Positions 43,901-55,935 are shown, counted from the stretch's first letter. The stretch is DNA of 64,000 nt from Thecamonas trahens ATCC 50062 (GCF_000142905.1 NW_013657654.1:124001-188000), one strand, 5' to 3'. The notes: generated from the sequence alone by a model not told the origin. Made by a program: numbers and translations.

Positions 43901-44733
43901 GACGTGCCTACAACCTCCCACGCCCCAGTCTGCGGCTCGAGGGCAAAGACCTCGTTCGAGTACCCGTCGCCCCCCAGACCGCCAAAGATGACCACCCGCT
44001 CGCCTGATCCCAGCGCCGCGCCGCCACAGCCCCATCGCGGGCTCGGCCCGGCGCCCGACGACGCCAGCCGCGACCAGAGCTGTGTCCGCGTGTCAAATAT
44101 GTGGACATCTCCGTAGAGCACGTTGCGCGGGCCGCACCCACCAAAGACCACCAACACCGCATCAACTGCCACCATAGTCGCACCGAACCGCGGCGACGGT
44201 GCAGCCTCCGGCGGGCAGGCCAGCTCAGACCACGTGCCCAGCCCCGGGTCCAGCATCCACAGATCGCCCAGCACCCGTCCATCACCGGCAGTAGCACCGT
44301 AGCCGCCAAACACATAGAGCGTGCCCTTGACAGCCGCCGCCGCCGCCATCTCCCGCGCTTCGGGCCTACCACCTGCTCCTCCGCCATCTCCGACTGTGCT
44401 CCATCCTGTGTATGTGCATGTGCGCATGTATGTGTGTGTATGTGTGTGTGTGTGCCCATACCCGCCCCGTGAGTCGCCTCCCTCTTCTCTTCCCCCCCTC
44501 CCCCCCCCTCGCGACCTGCCAAGGCCTTCCACCCGAAAAAGGTCGTGTCTTGGCCATCGAAGGGGGGGGGGGGGGGGGGGACACACGCTTCACACCCTTC
44601 CCTGCACCCCTTCACACCCGCATGTCCCCATACCCACCACCACCACCACCACCACATTCGCTCTCTACTCCTGCCCTTCTTCCCCCCCCTCCCTCCCCCC
44701 TTCCTCCTCCCGAGTGCACGTACGGTACGTCAT
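40940..44733 (-). CDS. MAP3K (STE11/MEKK family) with Kelch propeller, PB1 and C-terminal EF-hand-like plus SH2 domain; exon 1 is 44733-44724, exon 2 starts at 44405; undercall at 42251-42255
   Basis: Kelch: YVFGG, VVFGG, VIFGG, VVHGG. PB1: VLKCKF...LSWQRADGTLIDV...DDF. Kinase: WQKRELLGSGAFGKVYLG, IFLEYVPGGS, HRDIKCANIL, KGTPF(F)MAPEV. SH2: WFHG...GEFLVRVSES. Confidence 0.88.
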
Positions 44734-45016
44734 GGAGACTGTCGTTCACAAGACGGAGGTCGGCGAAAGACGTGTGCTGAACGGTGGGTGGGGGTGTAGA
44801 GTGGGTTGGTCACGGGGGAAGGAGGGGGGGGGGGGGGGGGGGGCACCACCTGCATGTGCTACTTGGCGACACTCATGCGAAACACACTGCCAGCGCCAAC
44901 AGTAATTGCTTTGTCGCTGCCTTCTACTTTACCAACTGAGATCTGATGGCGATCAGACGCTACATATCAATGCGCCCGAGTCCGCTGCTGCGGCTCATAG
45001 GCGGCATCAATACGTG

Positions 45017-46156
45017 TCAAAAGACGTCCATGCACCGCAGCATCTTGTACATGAGAACGATGCCGATGAGGCCAGGCAAGCCAAGGCCGACAAGTGTGCC
45101 GATGCTTACGTTGAGGGCGTACTGTCGAGCCGCAGGAAGGTCGGCCCACTCGACAATGACCACAGAGTCGGCCGGTACGCCGAGCTGCAAGTTAGCGTCC
45201 GCAAAGTGGGTGATCGAGTCGGCGACCGCGCCGCGGCAGAACTTGCTGTAGAGCTTCGAGTGAATGACGGCCGCCTGGCTCCGTCCCGGATCGTACCACA
45301 GTGACTCACGTGCGTAGTCCACCGACGGAAAGATGCGACACCCGATCGCAGTCGTCCGGCACGAGCAAGCAAAGACCGAGACTTCCCTGCTCCCCACCGC
45401 AGTCACAGGCACTGCGATCTGCGCTGCCTTTTGCTTTGAGCTCTTGGACTTCTTCGACGAGCTGAACCGCTCGCCCACCGCATCCAGATGGAACTCGTGG
45501 CCGCCGGTAAAGTCGGCAAAGGTCTTGCCGCGCAGCGCCTCGAGCTGGACCGAGCTCTGCGACGGGACAGGCCCAGTGTAGTACGAGTCCGACGAATCGA
45601 TCTCAGCCACCACCGCCAGATAGATGCATCCGACAATGGTGGCAACACCGAGCGTGGTCGAGATCACCGCGACCGACATGCCCGAGATGGCCATGACATC
45701 GCCAAATCTGCGGGTGCACACAGCACTGACGATCAGTAGCGTAAGCAAGACCACAGGCACGCCGGCAATCGTCACCACAAGGCCAACAATCAGCCCGACG
45801 TTCGGATTGTGCCAGGCGTGCGAGCTAGCGAGGCAGGCCGAATATACGATGAGGTGCAGAGCGACGATGGCCACAAAGAACACCACCAAGCCATTGACTC
45901 GCATAGCCGGACACGTCCATTCAGCTCTGTTCCCAGCCGGCTGCAGACGCACGACGTTGTGGCCGCCGGCCTCCATCGCCACTGATCCCCGTCGCCGCAC
46001 GACGGGAGGTTCGGCTGCTGGGGGCATGGCCGGCGGCGCAGGTGTGGCCGCTGGTTGCGGCACAACAGCCACCGGCACCGGACGGCCCTTGGCGGCCACT
46101 GCGTCATCGTAGGACGGCAGCGCGGCGTCCCACAACTCCACATGGGTGGAGGACAT
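45017..46156 (-). CDS. Hypothetical membrane protein (about 4 TM segments, Cys-containing loop)
   Basis: 379-aa ORF with three central and one C-terminal hydrophobic segments and an N-terminal LPSY motif. Confidence 0.65.
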   Translation of the reverse strand: MSSTHVELWDAALPSYDDAVAAKGRPVPVAVVPQPAATPAPPAMPPAAEPPVVRRRGSVAMEAGGHNVVRLQPAGNRAEWTCPAMRVNGLVVFFVAIVALHLIVYSACLASSHAWHNPNVGLIVGLVVTIAGVPVVLLTLLIVSAVCTRRFGDVMAISGMSVAVISTTLGVATIVGCIYLAVVAEIDSSDSYYTGPVPSQSSVQLEALRGKTFADFTGGHEFHLDAVGERFSSSKKSKSSKQKAAQIAVPVTAVGSREVSVFACSCRTTAIGCRIFPSVDYARESLWYDPGRSQAAVIHSKLYSKFCRGAVADSITHFADANLQLGVPADSVVIVEWADLPAARQYALNVSIGTLVGLGLPGLIGIVLMYKMLRCMDVF

Positions 46157-46262
46157 GGACCTCGCGTGAGGCTGGTATGTCTGTGATGGCAGTCGTGGCT
46201 AGTCAGCCACCCGCCGGAGTCAAGTGGCAGCTGAACCACAGCAGCGCAAAGCGTTCAATTGG

Positions 46263-48121
46263 TCACTGCGCATGCTGCAGAATGAGGTGGTAGCCCTCCA
46301 GCCGCTCGGCATCACCCGAACGGACGGCATCGCACATGTGGAGAATGTCGTCGGTCTCAAAGAGATGGACCTGAGCGAGGAAGAGGAGCATGTGAAAGTC
46401 GGCAAAGACAGCGGTGAGCGGCTCGTTCTCGTGGGTGAGGAACCGGGTTTTGACGTGCATGAGCGTGGCGGCGTCGCCGATGCGGTGCTCAACCGGAAAG
46501 TCCCCGGTGAGGCCGCCAGCGTGCGGAGTGACCGAGTGGATGCGAGCGTAGAAGAAGACTGCCGGCGGCGCCTGCGTCTCCGAGTGCTGGAACTTGACGT
46601 CCTTGACAACGGGAACAACCGAGACGTCGTGGCCGTAGGCTGTCGAGTCGGGCGGCGCAAAGTACCGCTTCTTGGCGAGTCGCACCGCAAGTGGTGTGAG
46701 CTGGAAGGCCAGCGCCTGCAGGTTGTCACCGAGGATGGAGACGGTGAGAGTGACAAACTTGTCGTCAGCACCGAGCGCCGCCATGCGCGTCGCCGCCAGA
46801 CGCAGCTCAGCGCCACGCAGAAAGTTCTCGGCGTCGTTCACCGCCCGCGTAAAGATGAAGCCAACCAGGCTCCGCCCCAGTCGCTCGCTCATGGTGCGGA
46901 CAAGCTCAAACTCAGCTGTCGCCTCATCGTCGTCGGCGTAACTGAACCCGCTCCACTCATCATACGCCTGCTTCGGCTCGTAGATGTAGTCAATTCGCAC
47001 CACGCCCGAGTCCTCGTCGAGGACGCCAAAGAGCAGACCCGAGCGCTGCGCCACAAACGCGCCGTCGTGCCGCGCAGGCGCGAACCGGTTGATGGCCTGA
47101 GTGTCGACCTGCACACCGGCCACACTTGCTTCGGCCGCGTTTTTGATGACAGGCATCTGGCCCATAGTTCCGTGCATGCAGTGAACGCACCGCCCGTTTG
47201 GCCCATGGAACGGGCACCGGATCCCGCCGTCCTCGTCGACCTCCTCGGACGCCGACGACGATGACACGCAGTTGGGGCAGCTCATTGTTGACGGATGAGT
47301 GCACTCCTGCTCCGCCGGCTCTGACGCTCCGCCGCCGTCCAGGCACGCCGGGCATCGCATCGATGGCGGATGCGCGCACTTGCGGACCCAGCCGCTACTC
47401 CCGGCCTTGGCCTTCTTCTTCTTCTTCTTCTTCTTTTTCTTGTCCTTCCCACTCTTGCTCCCGGTGCAGTTGATGCAACGGGTCGTCGGCCCATGCGAGC
47501 ACTTGGCCGCGCCGGTCACTCCGCCCTCGGCCTCGGACGGCATGCAGATGAGGCACGAGACACCCTCCGGATGCGAGCACTTCATCACCCCTGTCGCCTC
47601 CCCCTTGCTGCAATGGAGGCAAGTAAACTGCGGCGCGTGCTTGCACCGCTGTGACGCCGCCGCCCGTCCGTCCACCGCATACACCAGGCTCCCATGCACA
47701 ATGCCCAGCTCGCCCACCGGCCCAGATCCACGGTACACGTCCTTGGGCTTGCGCTCGCGGGCAGAGTACAGCCCCAGCTCGCTGGCCGGAATCTTAGTCA
47801 CAGCCTCCACCTACACATATACAAAGCCACGCCCCGTCTGTCAGTCACTCTCTCCCTCTGCCGCTGCCGTCCTTTCCCCCCCCCCCCCTCCCCCTTCTCC
47901 CCCTCCCCTGCTCTGACCTGATCGATCGCGACCTGATCGATCGCCATTTCCCGAAGAAGGTCGCACTCTCACACTGGCCAAACTGCAACCACCACGCCCT
48001 CCTCCCGCCCACGTACAGCCTTCTTCAGCTCGGCGAGCGTGCCGGTGCTGGGGAACGAGACGTTCACTTGGCCGCCATCTTCTTTCTTTACCCGCACAGT
48101 AATCAGCCGCGTGTCGGCCAT
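46263..48121 (-). CDS. NPL4: NPL4 (Cdc48/p97 cofactor)-like; exons 48121-48017 and 47810-46263
   Basis: UBL-like N-terminus (ITVRVKKEDG...LGIVHGSLVY); CxHx4Cx2C motifs; MPN region QRSGLLFG...IDYIYEPKQ, LGRSLVGFIFT, AFQL, FPVEHR, DFHMLLFL. Confidence 0.85.
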
Positions 48122-48255
48122 GGTCGGCGTGGAGAGTCGGGTGTCCGTCTCGGAAGCAGACGCCCGTAGAGCGCTGGGCGCCCAAGATCGCTGGCTCATC
48201 CGCCAGTTAGCAGCCAGTTCAGTCACTCCGCGGCAGGGCTCATAGGAGGGCCGGA

Positions 48256-49476
48256 TCAAGCAGTCGATGAGCTCTTGAAACCAGACGAGGCAAGGTGCCG
48301 GGCTTCAAAGCCGTTTGACCGATCGACGCCGTCCCATCGGTAGCCTGGCGCAATGTCGAACCGGTTGGCCGGCGGCCGGCCGAGGGTGTACCGTGGCCGC
48401 GCATCGGCAAAGCTCGGCCCACTTTGGCCGCTCGCTCCCCCGGCTGCCTGTGAAGATGCTAGCAGTGCCATCGGATCGTCCCATCGTGACTTGGTCTGCA
48501 TGAGTGCGGCAACCGAGGCGTCCTTGGACGACTGGGCCAGCGGCGTCGCTGCCACCAGCCGCGCTTCTGCAGCCTGTGCCTGTGCGCTAGCCATCTGCGC
48601 CAGCCCGGTGCCCCAGATAGGAACCTCTCCACGACGCTTGCGCGCGGCTGCAGCCTCAGCGGCCGCGGCCTCGCTGGCAGTCATCCTGCTTCCGTCCTTG
48701 TTGCGGTAGACGGTGGTGCCGGCCTCGGCAGTGCCCACATCGCTTGGCGCCCGGCGTTCTCTGCGCAGCGGCCGTACAACCCGCGATGGCTCCACCGCCC
48801 GCACCGAGACAACCTGCGCCAGCCACCCACTTCCATCATCGTCCGACCACTCGGCGCCCAAGCTGCTTGACGAGACCGACCATGCGCCGGATCCCGACCA
48901 CAACGGCTCGCCCTCAAGCGCCCCGCCCGGCCCCGCTCCATCATTGCCAGACGACGACGAAGAGTCGTGGCGCATCCGCCGCCCGCCGCCCGAGTACGAT
49001 GATGAGCCCTCCCGCCCGCTACCACTCCCGGACATCGACCGGGTCTGCGACGTACGCTTCGACCTCCGCCTCCGCTTCCGCTTTCGCTTCCGCTTCGCCT
49101 TAACCCTTCCCGCCGACGCCTCGCCCTGCCTGCGCCCTCCATGCTTCGCTTCTCCGCGCCACACAAACTCGCCATCGTCCATGGGTGCCAATCCCGCCGC
49201 CATCCCGGCCCCGATCCCGCCACCCATCGCGCCCGCCGAACCCGGCGCCATCACCGGTGCCGACCTCCCGGACGCGTCGCCATACTGAGCAAGAATCTTG
49301 TCGACGTCGACCATGGGCTTGCAGCCTTCCTCGCCATGATCCTTCCGCTTGCCCTTGCCCTTGCCCTTGCCCTTGCCCTTGCCCTTGCCCCGCCGCCGCT
49401 TGGCCGTCCGCCCCTCACCGCCAACACTCCCGTCACCACCGCTGCTCCGCCGCCGCTTCCGGCTCTGCTCGTCCAT
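48256..49476 (-). CDS. BUD13: RES-complex splicing factor BUD13/Cwc26
   Basis: TVYRNKDG, WGTGLAQ, RWDDPMA, PPANRFDIAPGYRWDGVDRSNGFE. Confidence 0.9.
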   Translation of the reverse strand: MDEQSRKRRRSSGGDGSVGGEGRTAKRRRGKGKGKGKGKGKGKRKDHGEEGCKPMVDVDKILAQYGDASGRSAPVMAPGSAGAMGGGIGAGMAAGLAPMDDGEFVWRGEAKHGGRRQGEASAGRVKAKRKRKRKRRRRSKRTSQTRSMSGSGSGREGSSSYSGGGRRMRHDSSSSSGNDGAGPGGALEGEPLWSGSGAWSVSSSSLGAEWSDDDGSGWLAQVVSVRAVEPSRVVRPLRRERRAPSDVGTAEAGTTVYRNKDGSRMTASEAAAAEAAAARKRRGEVPIWGTGLAQMASAQAQAAEARLVAATPLAQSSKDASVAALMQTKSRWDDPMALLASSQAAGGASGQSGPSFADARPRYTLGRPPANRFDIAPGYRWDGVDRSNGFEARHLASSGFKSSSTA

Positions 49477-49801
49477 GACTTCCACACCTGCTGCACTACC
49501 GCAACGACTTGCCGCTGTAGAAGGCTTTCCCGCACTCGCTCGCCGCCACCAAGACGAGTCTATGTGTCCCACCCTAGCCCTACTCCCCCACTGTGGGCCG
49601 GGGGGGGAGGAGGGGGCGAGGGGGGGCCGCGGGCGGCGCCAGCGCAGGGCGACTCAGCCGGGTTGACACCCAGCACATCGCCCCCCTCCCCCCCCTCTCC
49701 CTCGACGACATACACTATATGGATCTCTTCCACTTTCTTTTCTTCGCCATGATGGCATGCAACCGAGGTACGATCGCAAAGTCGCGCAAGCACCCTGCAC
49801 T

Positions 49802-52306
49802 CTATTTGCCATGGGCCGATGGGGATGCAGAGTCGTGATCGTAGTGTGCAAGGCAGCGGACGTACGAGTCGACAATGCCCGAGATGGCGACCGCATCTTC
49901 AGTGATCTGGTCGCCCTCAAGCGAGGTCTGGAGCATGGCAAGGACCCTACGGACACCGGCCCGGCTCCCGCCCTTGTGCAGGAGACACGAAGAGTGCTCT
50001 TTGCGCCAGGCCGCAAACTTGGCCTTGACGCTGGCCAGACTGCGCTTGGCCTCCATGAGCTCGGCGTCGATGGCGGTGTTGGCCCGCTTCAGCGTAGCGG
50101 CCTCGTCGCGAGCCGCGCGAAGCGCCGCGTTCGCCTTTTTGCGGAACGCCTTGGCAGCAACAGCGTCCTTTTCCATCGCGTACGAGAGCGACGAGAGCTG
50201 CGACTCGGCAATCCGCAGCTCATTGGCTTTGGCCTCCAGCGCAGCCTCGGCGTTGCTCTTTGCCGCTGCGCCCTGCATCTTGGCCTGCTTGGCCTGTCGC
50301 CGCCCGGCCACAGCGCCGCGTCGGGCGTCGCCGGCAGACTGTACCACCCGGGCGCTCAGCGCCTCTACCTCGTCTGCGCTGGCGTCCAGACCAAGGTCGT
50401 TGATGCCCCGCAGCTGCAGGGCCTCAGCAGTCGAGACCAGGCCCTGAAGCGCAGCGTACGCTATCCGCGCCATCTTGTTCTCGCGCTCGGAATCGTTGGC
50501 CTGCTCCCGAGCAACACGAACCTCGGACGCGAGCAGCTCAAACGTTGCCTGCATCGTGTCGAGCAGTTGGTCCTTCTCGTCGTTGATGGCCTGCAGTGCA
50601 ATAACCTTGGCAGTCAGGTCAGGGCTTGCTCCTGGCGATGGTTCCACGGCAGCACCGCTGAACACCTCGCGCGCCTGCACCGGTGTAAGTGGCGCGTCGG
50701 CTGCTCCCTGCAGGCGTGCCAGCTGCGCTTGAGTCCGCGACGTCGATGGCGTCAGCGGCGTCTCCGCCACTGGCGCGGACGTAGCCGGCGTGCTCGCCGC
50801 CTGCAGCGTACGAGCCCGCATCAGCTCGGCCTCCAGCTCGGCCACGCGTTCGGCCGAGCGGCTGGCCTTGGCACGCACCATAGCAAGCTCAGCAGAAAGG
50901 GATGCCGTGTACACCTCCGACTCGTCAGTTCCACTCGCTTCGGCGCGCGCCTCTAGTAGGCTATGGGCATGCTCAAGCTCGCCTTCTAGTGCACTGACGC
51001 GAGCAGCCGTGGCCTCAAGCTCACGGACTCGAGCCCGCAGTGCGATAGCTTCCACATCCGACGACGGCAGCGAGTCCACATCCGGTGGCGGTGCGGCGCG
51101 AACGGCGTTGAGCTCGCGCTGTGCCGCACGGAGATCGGCCTTGGTCAACCCAAGCTCAGACGCCGCCTCCAAATACTGCTGGTGCGAGGTGTCGAGCGCA
51201 GATTCGAGCTGAGCCACAAGGCTTTCGAGCTCGGCGACGCGCACGCTCTGGTCCGGGGAGACCGAGAGCGCGTGCGTCGGCGGAGCAGGCTCAGGCATTG
51301 CACGCAGCAGAGCGACGAGATCGGCCTCGCTTTGAGCAGCCTCGCCCTGCTGAGCAGCAAGGATGCGCTCAGCTGTGGCCTTGTGAATTGACGACCAGTG
51401 ATCGTGCATCTCAGCGTAGCGCTGGTTGGCAGCCTCAATTTGCGCCTCCCACTGCGCTTGGCGCTTCTTGTACAAGGCGGCGGCGGCGTCGAGCTTGGCC
51501 TTGAGCTGGCGAATCTGCTCCTCGAATGCGTGCGAGACCGCCATGGCCGACTCGAGCTGAGTCTTGTGCTTGTCACCGCGGAGCTCGGCATCGCTGGCAC
51601 GGCGTTCGGCCTTGCGGGCGTCCGCGGTCGCACGTGCAGCCTCGCGCTGGGCCTCCTTGACCGCTTCGCGCGCACGGCGAACCTCGTCCTCCATCGCCGT
51701 CACCCGCTTGTCAACTTTGAGCGCTGACCGCGCGCGCTTGACCCGCGCTTGAGCCTCCATCCGCACCCTGGCGTCCTTGTCGCGATAGTGGGCTTTGGCG
51801 GCGGCGAGCTCAGCCTTGGCCGCCTTGGCCTCTTCCTGCGCGGCGGCAGCAGCGTCCTCGGCGGCACTAACCCGATCGCCGAGCGCCTTGACCTGCAGCG
51901 CCCGCTCGCGCAGCTTTGTTCTTAGCCGCTGATAGGTGGCCGAGTCCGACTTGAGCTCGCCATTCTCGAGGGTGAGGGCCGTGATGCGGCGGGCGGCCTT
52001 GGCGAGGTGATCGGCCAGGCACTCGAGCAGGAGATCAGCCTCTCCCTGCTCGGGACTCTTGCCTTCCTCCTGCTCAGCCCCAGCCGTCTCCCTCGCCGCA
52101 TCCAGCGCCGCACTCACCGCCTGCACCTCTGCACCCATCTGCGTCATCTCCAGCACGGCCTTGACCTCGTCCGGATGCAGCTCGCACAGCCGCCGTCGCC
52201 GCCACCCATCGTCCTCTTGCCTGCTGCTCGTCACCCGTGCTCCGGCTCCGGTCCCGGCTCTGGCTCCGGCTCTGGCTTTGTCTCTAGCCCTAGCTCTCGC
52301 CGACAT
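49802..52306 (-). CDS. Long coiled-coil hypothetical protein
   Basis: 834-aa ORF of A/E/L/R/K heptads; no family recognised. Confidence 0.72.
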   Translation of the reverse strand: MSARARARDKARAGARAGTGAGARVTSSRQEDDGWRRRRLCELHPDEVKAVLEMTQMGAEVQAVSAALDAARETAGAEQEEGKSPEQGEADLLLECLADHLAKAARRITALTLENGELKSDSATYQRLRTKLRERALQVKALGDRVSAAEDAAAAAQEEAKAAKAELAAAKAHYRDKDARVRMEAQARVKRARSALKVDKRVTAMEDEVRRAREAVKEAQREAARATADARKAERRASDAELRGDKHKTQLESAMAVSHAFEEQIRQLKAKLDAAAALYKKRQAQWEAQIEAANQRYAEMHDHWSSIHKATAERILAAQQGEAAQSEADLVALLRAMPEPAPPTHALSVSPDQSVRVAELESLVAQLESALDTSHQQYLEAASELGLTKADLRAAQRELNAVRAAPPPDVDSLPSSDVEAIALRARVRELEATAARVSALEGELEHAHSLLEARAEASGTDESEVYTASLSAELAMVRAKASRSAERVAELEAELMRARTLQAASTPATSAPVAETPLTPSTSRTQAQLARLQGAADAPLTPVQAREVFSGAAVEPSPGASPDLTAKVIALQAINDEKDQLLDTMQATFELLASEVRVAREQANDSERENKMARIAYAALQGLVSTAEALQLRGINDLGLDASADEVEALSARVVQSAGDARRGAVAGRRQAKQAKMQGAAAKSNAEAALEAKANELRIAESQLSSLSYAMEKDAVAAKAFRKKANAALRAARDEAATLKRANTAIDAELMEAKRSLASVKAKFAAWRKEHSSCLLHKGGSRAGVRRVLAMLQTSLEGDQITEDAVAISGIVDSYVRCLAHYDHDSASPSAHGK

Positions 52307-52810
52307 GACTTCCCCTCAGGGTAAGGAAAGTGGGAAGGGGGGGGGGGGGGGGAGTGTGGCGTGGAGTGTGGCCTGTCCGCCTCCGCGTGCCGGCGTGTCG
52401 TTCCCCAGAGTTGGCGGAAATGGCGCCAATGCGCCAAAGTGTGGTGGCAGGTGGTTTGGCCACGGAGCGGAACGAACGAACGAACGAATACACCAAGGAC
52501 AGATAATCGTTGGGAAGTGGTAGCGGGTGACTGCCCCCCGGGGATTGCCCCCCGGGGCTTTCCCCCCCCCCCCCCCCCCCCCGGGCCCCCCGCCCCCCGC
52601 CCCCTGCCATCTTCTCCATCACCGCATGTATAACACTCATCGGTTGCCAATTACATCATCCTCCCCCTCGACTCCACAATCCCCCACACACACCCTTTGC
52701 ATCGCCTCCATCACCTCCCTTCACACGGCCTCTTCCACCTGCCGCTGGCTGCCAGCTCTGTGATCACACACTCTCCCTCCCACCCCACCTGACTCGACTG
52801 GGGCAGGCGG

Positions 52811-55800
52811 ATGGCGGCAGAGCCCGAACTGGTGTTTGTGGTGGCTCCGCCAGGTGACGACGGACGTGTATACCATGCAGCAGTCGGGCGTGAGCGGGTC
52901 CGTCGGCTGTCTCCGGCCGAGGTCTTTGCTAGCGAGTCTGGGCCTGCCCGCAGCAGTGGTGGTGGTGATGGCGGTGCGGACGGAAGGCACTTGTCGCTGC
53001 GGATGGTGGTCAATCGGGTGAAGGAGATGCTGATGAATGGCGAGGAGGTGCTGATCGACGACGATGGGGATAGGGTCAAGCGCCGGGCTGCCTTTGTGGC
53101 TCTCCGGACCAAGATCCCTCGCCTGCGCATCCGCTTTGTCGCTCTCGATCCGGCTGGCGGTCGCGCCCAGCTCCTCTGGGCCGCCGCCGCCCGCTCAGGC
53201 CCACTGCTGCTTCTGGAGCGCATTGCCGCTGTTACAGACGGATGGTATGGCCCGATGACCACCGCTGGCCGTGATGTGCTCTCTGAGCCGCCGCAGGCGT
53301 GGACCTCGATCCGCGGCTATCCAAGCCAGCCGGACGAGCGGTACGATGTGCTCGACGTCATCCGTCTCCCGCTCATCCTCCCCGGCGAGAAGACTGATCC
53401 ATGGCCGGCACTGGTCTTTGACGCAGAAGTTGTTTTTGATGTCACGCCTTCGTCGCATCATCTCTCTGTGGCGCCAGTTGTCATTCGGCCGCGCACCCTT
53501 GCCGCGCTGCGGGTCTGGATCGAGTCGCTCCCGTGCTCGCGCATTGTGCTGGTCGTCAACGAGCTGCTGCTGTTCAACGGCGGGCTCTCATCGGAGCTTG
53601 CACCATCGGTTGTTCACAACCAACTGCCGATCGGCACGCTTCGTGCTGCGCTGCGGACCGCATGCTGCGAGCTGGCGGGCCTGCTGCAGACCCCGCTGTA
53701 TGCCGTGGTCTACACTCTGCCCGAGGCGACGACAGCGGCGCCACGGCATGCGCCACCACTCACCCACGCGCTTGCCCTTCTTCATGGGAGGCACCACCTT
53801 GACCTCGATCTAGTCATGTGCGTCTCGGCGTCGTCAGATCGGATGGAGCCGGTCCTCGCCATGGGCATCCACGCCTTGCTCGGTTCGTCGTTTGTAGACA
53901 CGCTCGGCATGCGTCGAGGAACCTCTTTCCATGGGCCGTCCATCTCTAAGCTACGCAGCTTGCTGCAGTTTCGGATCGGAACAAGGCCAGCGTGGCTCGC
54001 CAACGTGGTGTGGATGCCGTGCCCCGAGTCGACATTCCCGGTGTCCTGCGCTCCTTCGTCATACGGCGTCAGAGATGACTCTGCTGTCAACAGAGCATTC
54101 TCGCTGGAGCTCGACTCCGAGTCGGATGGCGAAGAGAGAGCAAGTTGGACCAAAAGCGCCAGTCTGGATGCCTTTCCTCTCGCTCCTACCGGCGGTGCTG
54201 GCCGCAAGGGCGCGGTCATGTCCGAGGGTGGCGTGGAGCCTGGGCCAGAGGCAGGCGTTCTTCACCTCGGCATCTTTCCGGCCAAATGGCCAGCCGAGGG
54301 GCAGGCTAGCGCACGCGAGGCCGGCATGCTTGACGTCGATGCGAGTGCGGCGGCCGAGGCTGTCGGGATGGCGCCGTGCGAGCGGTGGGAGTTCAAGCGA
54401 GTGTGCAAGATAGTGCCTGATCCGGACTGGACGCTCTCGACTGTCCATCCGGATGGCTACCTCTGGGACCACTTGCAGGTGCAGCAAGTTGCAGTCGAGA
54501 TAGCTGGCGGCAAGCGGCACTCGGTAGAGAGCGGCATGCACCTGGCCCGCAAGTTTCGGGCGCGGTTTACCAACGTCTGTTGTAAGGGGCCGCTCATTCT
54601 CGGCACAATGGCCGGCACCATGCCCGACCCGTACTCGGTGTGGATCAAGTTTGCCTTTGCTCACCATCCGCCGCACGCTCCGACTGGCATCAAAGCCTTT
54701 GGCTGCTCGTGCCCCGCGGCGGCAAAGTCCCGGCATGCATGCAAGCACGTCGTGGCGCTGCTCATGCTCCCAGTCTGGGCGTCGAAGCACACGCCCGGGT
54801 CCACAGAGCCGCCCATCATCTCACCGGAAAAGTCACCGAGCTCGCGCAAGCTGCGGGACGCCATCCTCTCGGGCGCCGCCGGAGTTCCGTCGAAGACCGA
54901 GGCGGCTGCCTCAAACTCGCTGTCGATGGGCTCATCGTCGCAGCCGTTGACGCCGTCGCTGGTGCGGCCGTCACAAGAGAGCGCCTCCCTTGCGAGAAAC
55001 CACGCTCCACCTGTTGCGGCTCACGCGCCGGCGAAAGCTGTCGCGGTTGACGACGCGCACGATGCTGTCAGAAACACGACGCGCCGGTTGTCCCACTCCA
55101 CCGGCCACCGGACACGCACGAACTGCTGGCCAAGGTTCCGGCTGAAGTCGAGCCGCAGCCCGGCGATCGCATGTACTTTGACGCCGGCGGCAACTTTACT
55201 TTTCGGCGCACGACCTGCTTGACATGGCGCTCGAGACGGTCAAGCTGGCGCAAGACGCCGTGATGAATGATAAGCCAGAGATCGTGGCAGAGGTCGGGGC
55301 AGGGGTCGGGGCAGAGGCCGAGACGGGGTCAGAGCCTGCGACAATACTCGCGCGGCCACCGTTATCACCGTCACCGCCACCAACGCTGTCACCGTCGCCA
55401 CCACCAACGCTGTCTTCCTTGCCGCCAATTACATCTGCAGTTGCGAGCGGAGGCATGGCAACGTCGCCGGCGCTCATGTCGGAGACTCGGGACAGGAACT
55501 CGCTGTCACTGAAGGCGCGAATTTCGGAACTCTCGGCCGCGCTGACCGAGAGTGAGTCGACGCCGGCGCCGACACCGTTCCATCCAAGCTCTCCGCTACG
55601 ATTGACCGAGTCTGTGGCATCGTTTCCTGCGTCGGAGAGCAGCCCACCGCAGGCGCTCAAATCACCGGCCCGGCGGCCGCTCTCGCTTCTTGCAGATGCG
55701 TTTTCGGAGCCGAGCGCCGAGGCTGGGGTATCGCTGGCAGCTTTCGATGACGATGACGATGGCGCGGCTCGCAAGCGCAAGCGTGAAGCCAGCCCGCTGG

Positions 55801-55928
55801 CACCACCAAGACCACCGCCCAAAACGCGGCCGACAACCGTAGTTGCGCCGTCGGACTCGGACTCGGACTCGGATTCGAGCTCTGGCGCGCTGCTCGGCCT
55901 GCTGTCAAAGCATGGGCTCATCGAGTAG
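52811..55928 (+). CDS. SWIM zinc-finger protein with degenerate PNK-like kinase and HAD domains; undercalls at 55072-55074 and 55200-55203
   Basis: SWIM: GTMAGTMPDPYSVWI...GCSCPAAAKSRHACKHVVALL. Adding one A and one T joins ORFs 52811-55222 and 55224-55928. Confidence 0.7.
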
Positions 55929-55935
55929 GCGACAA

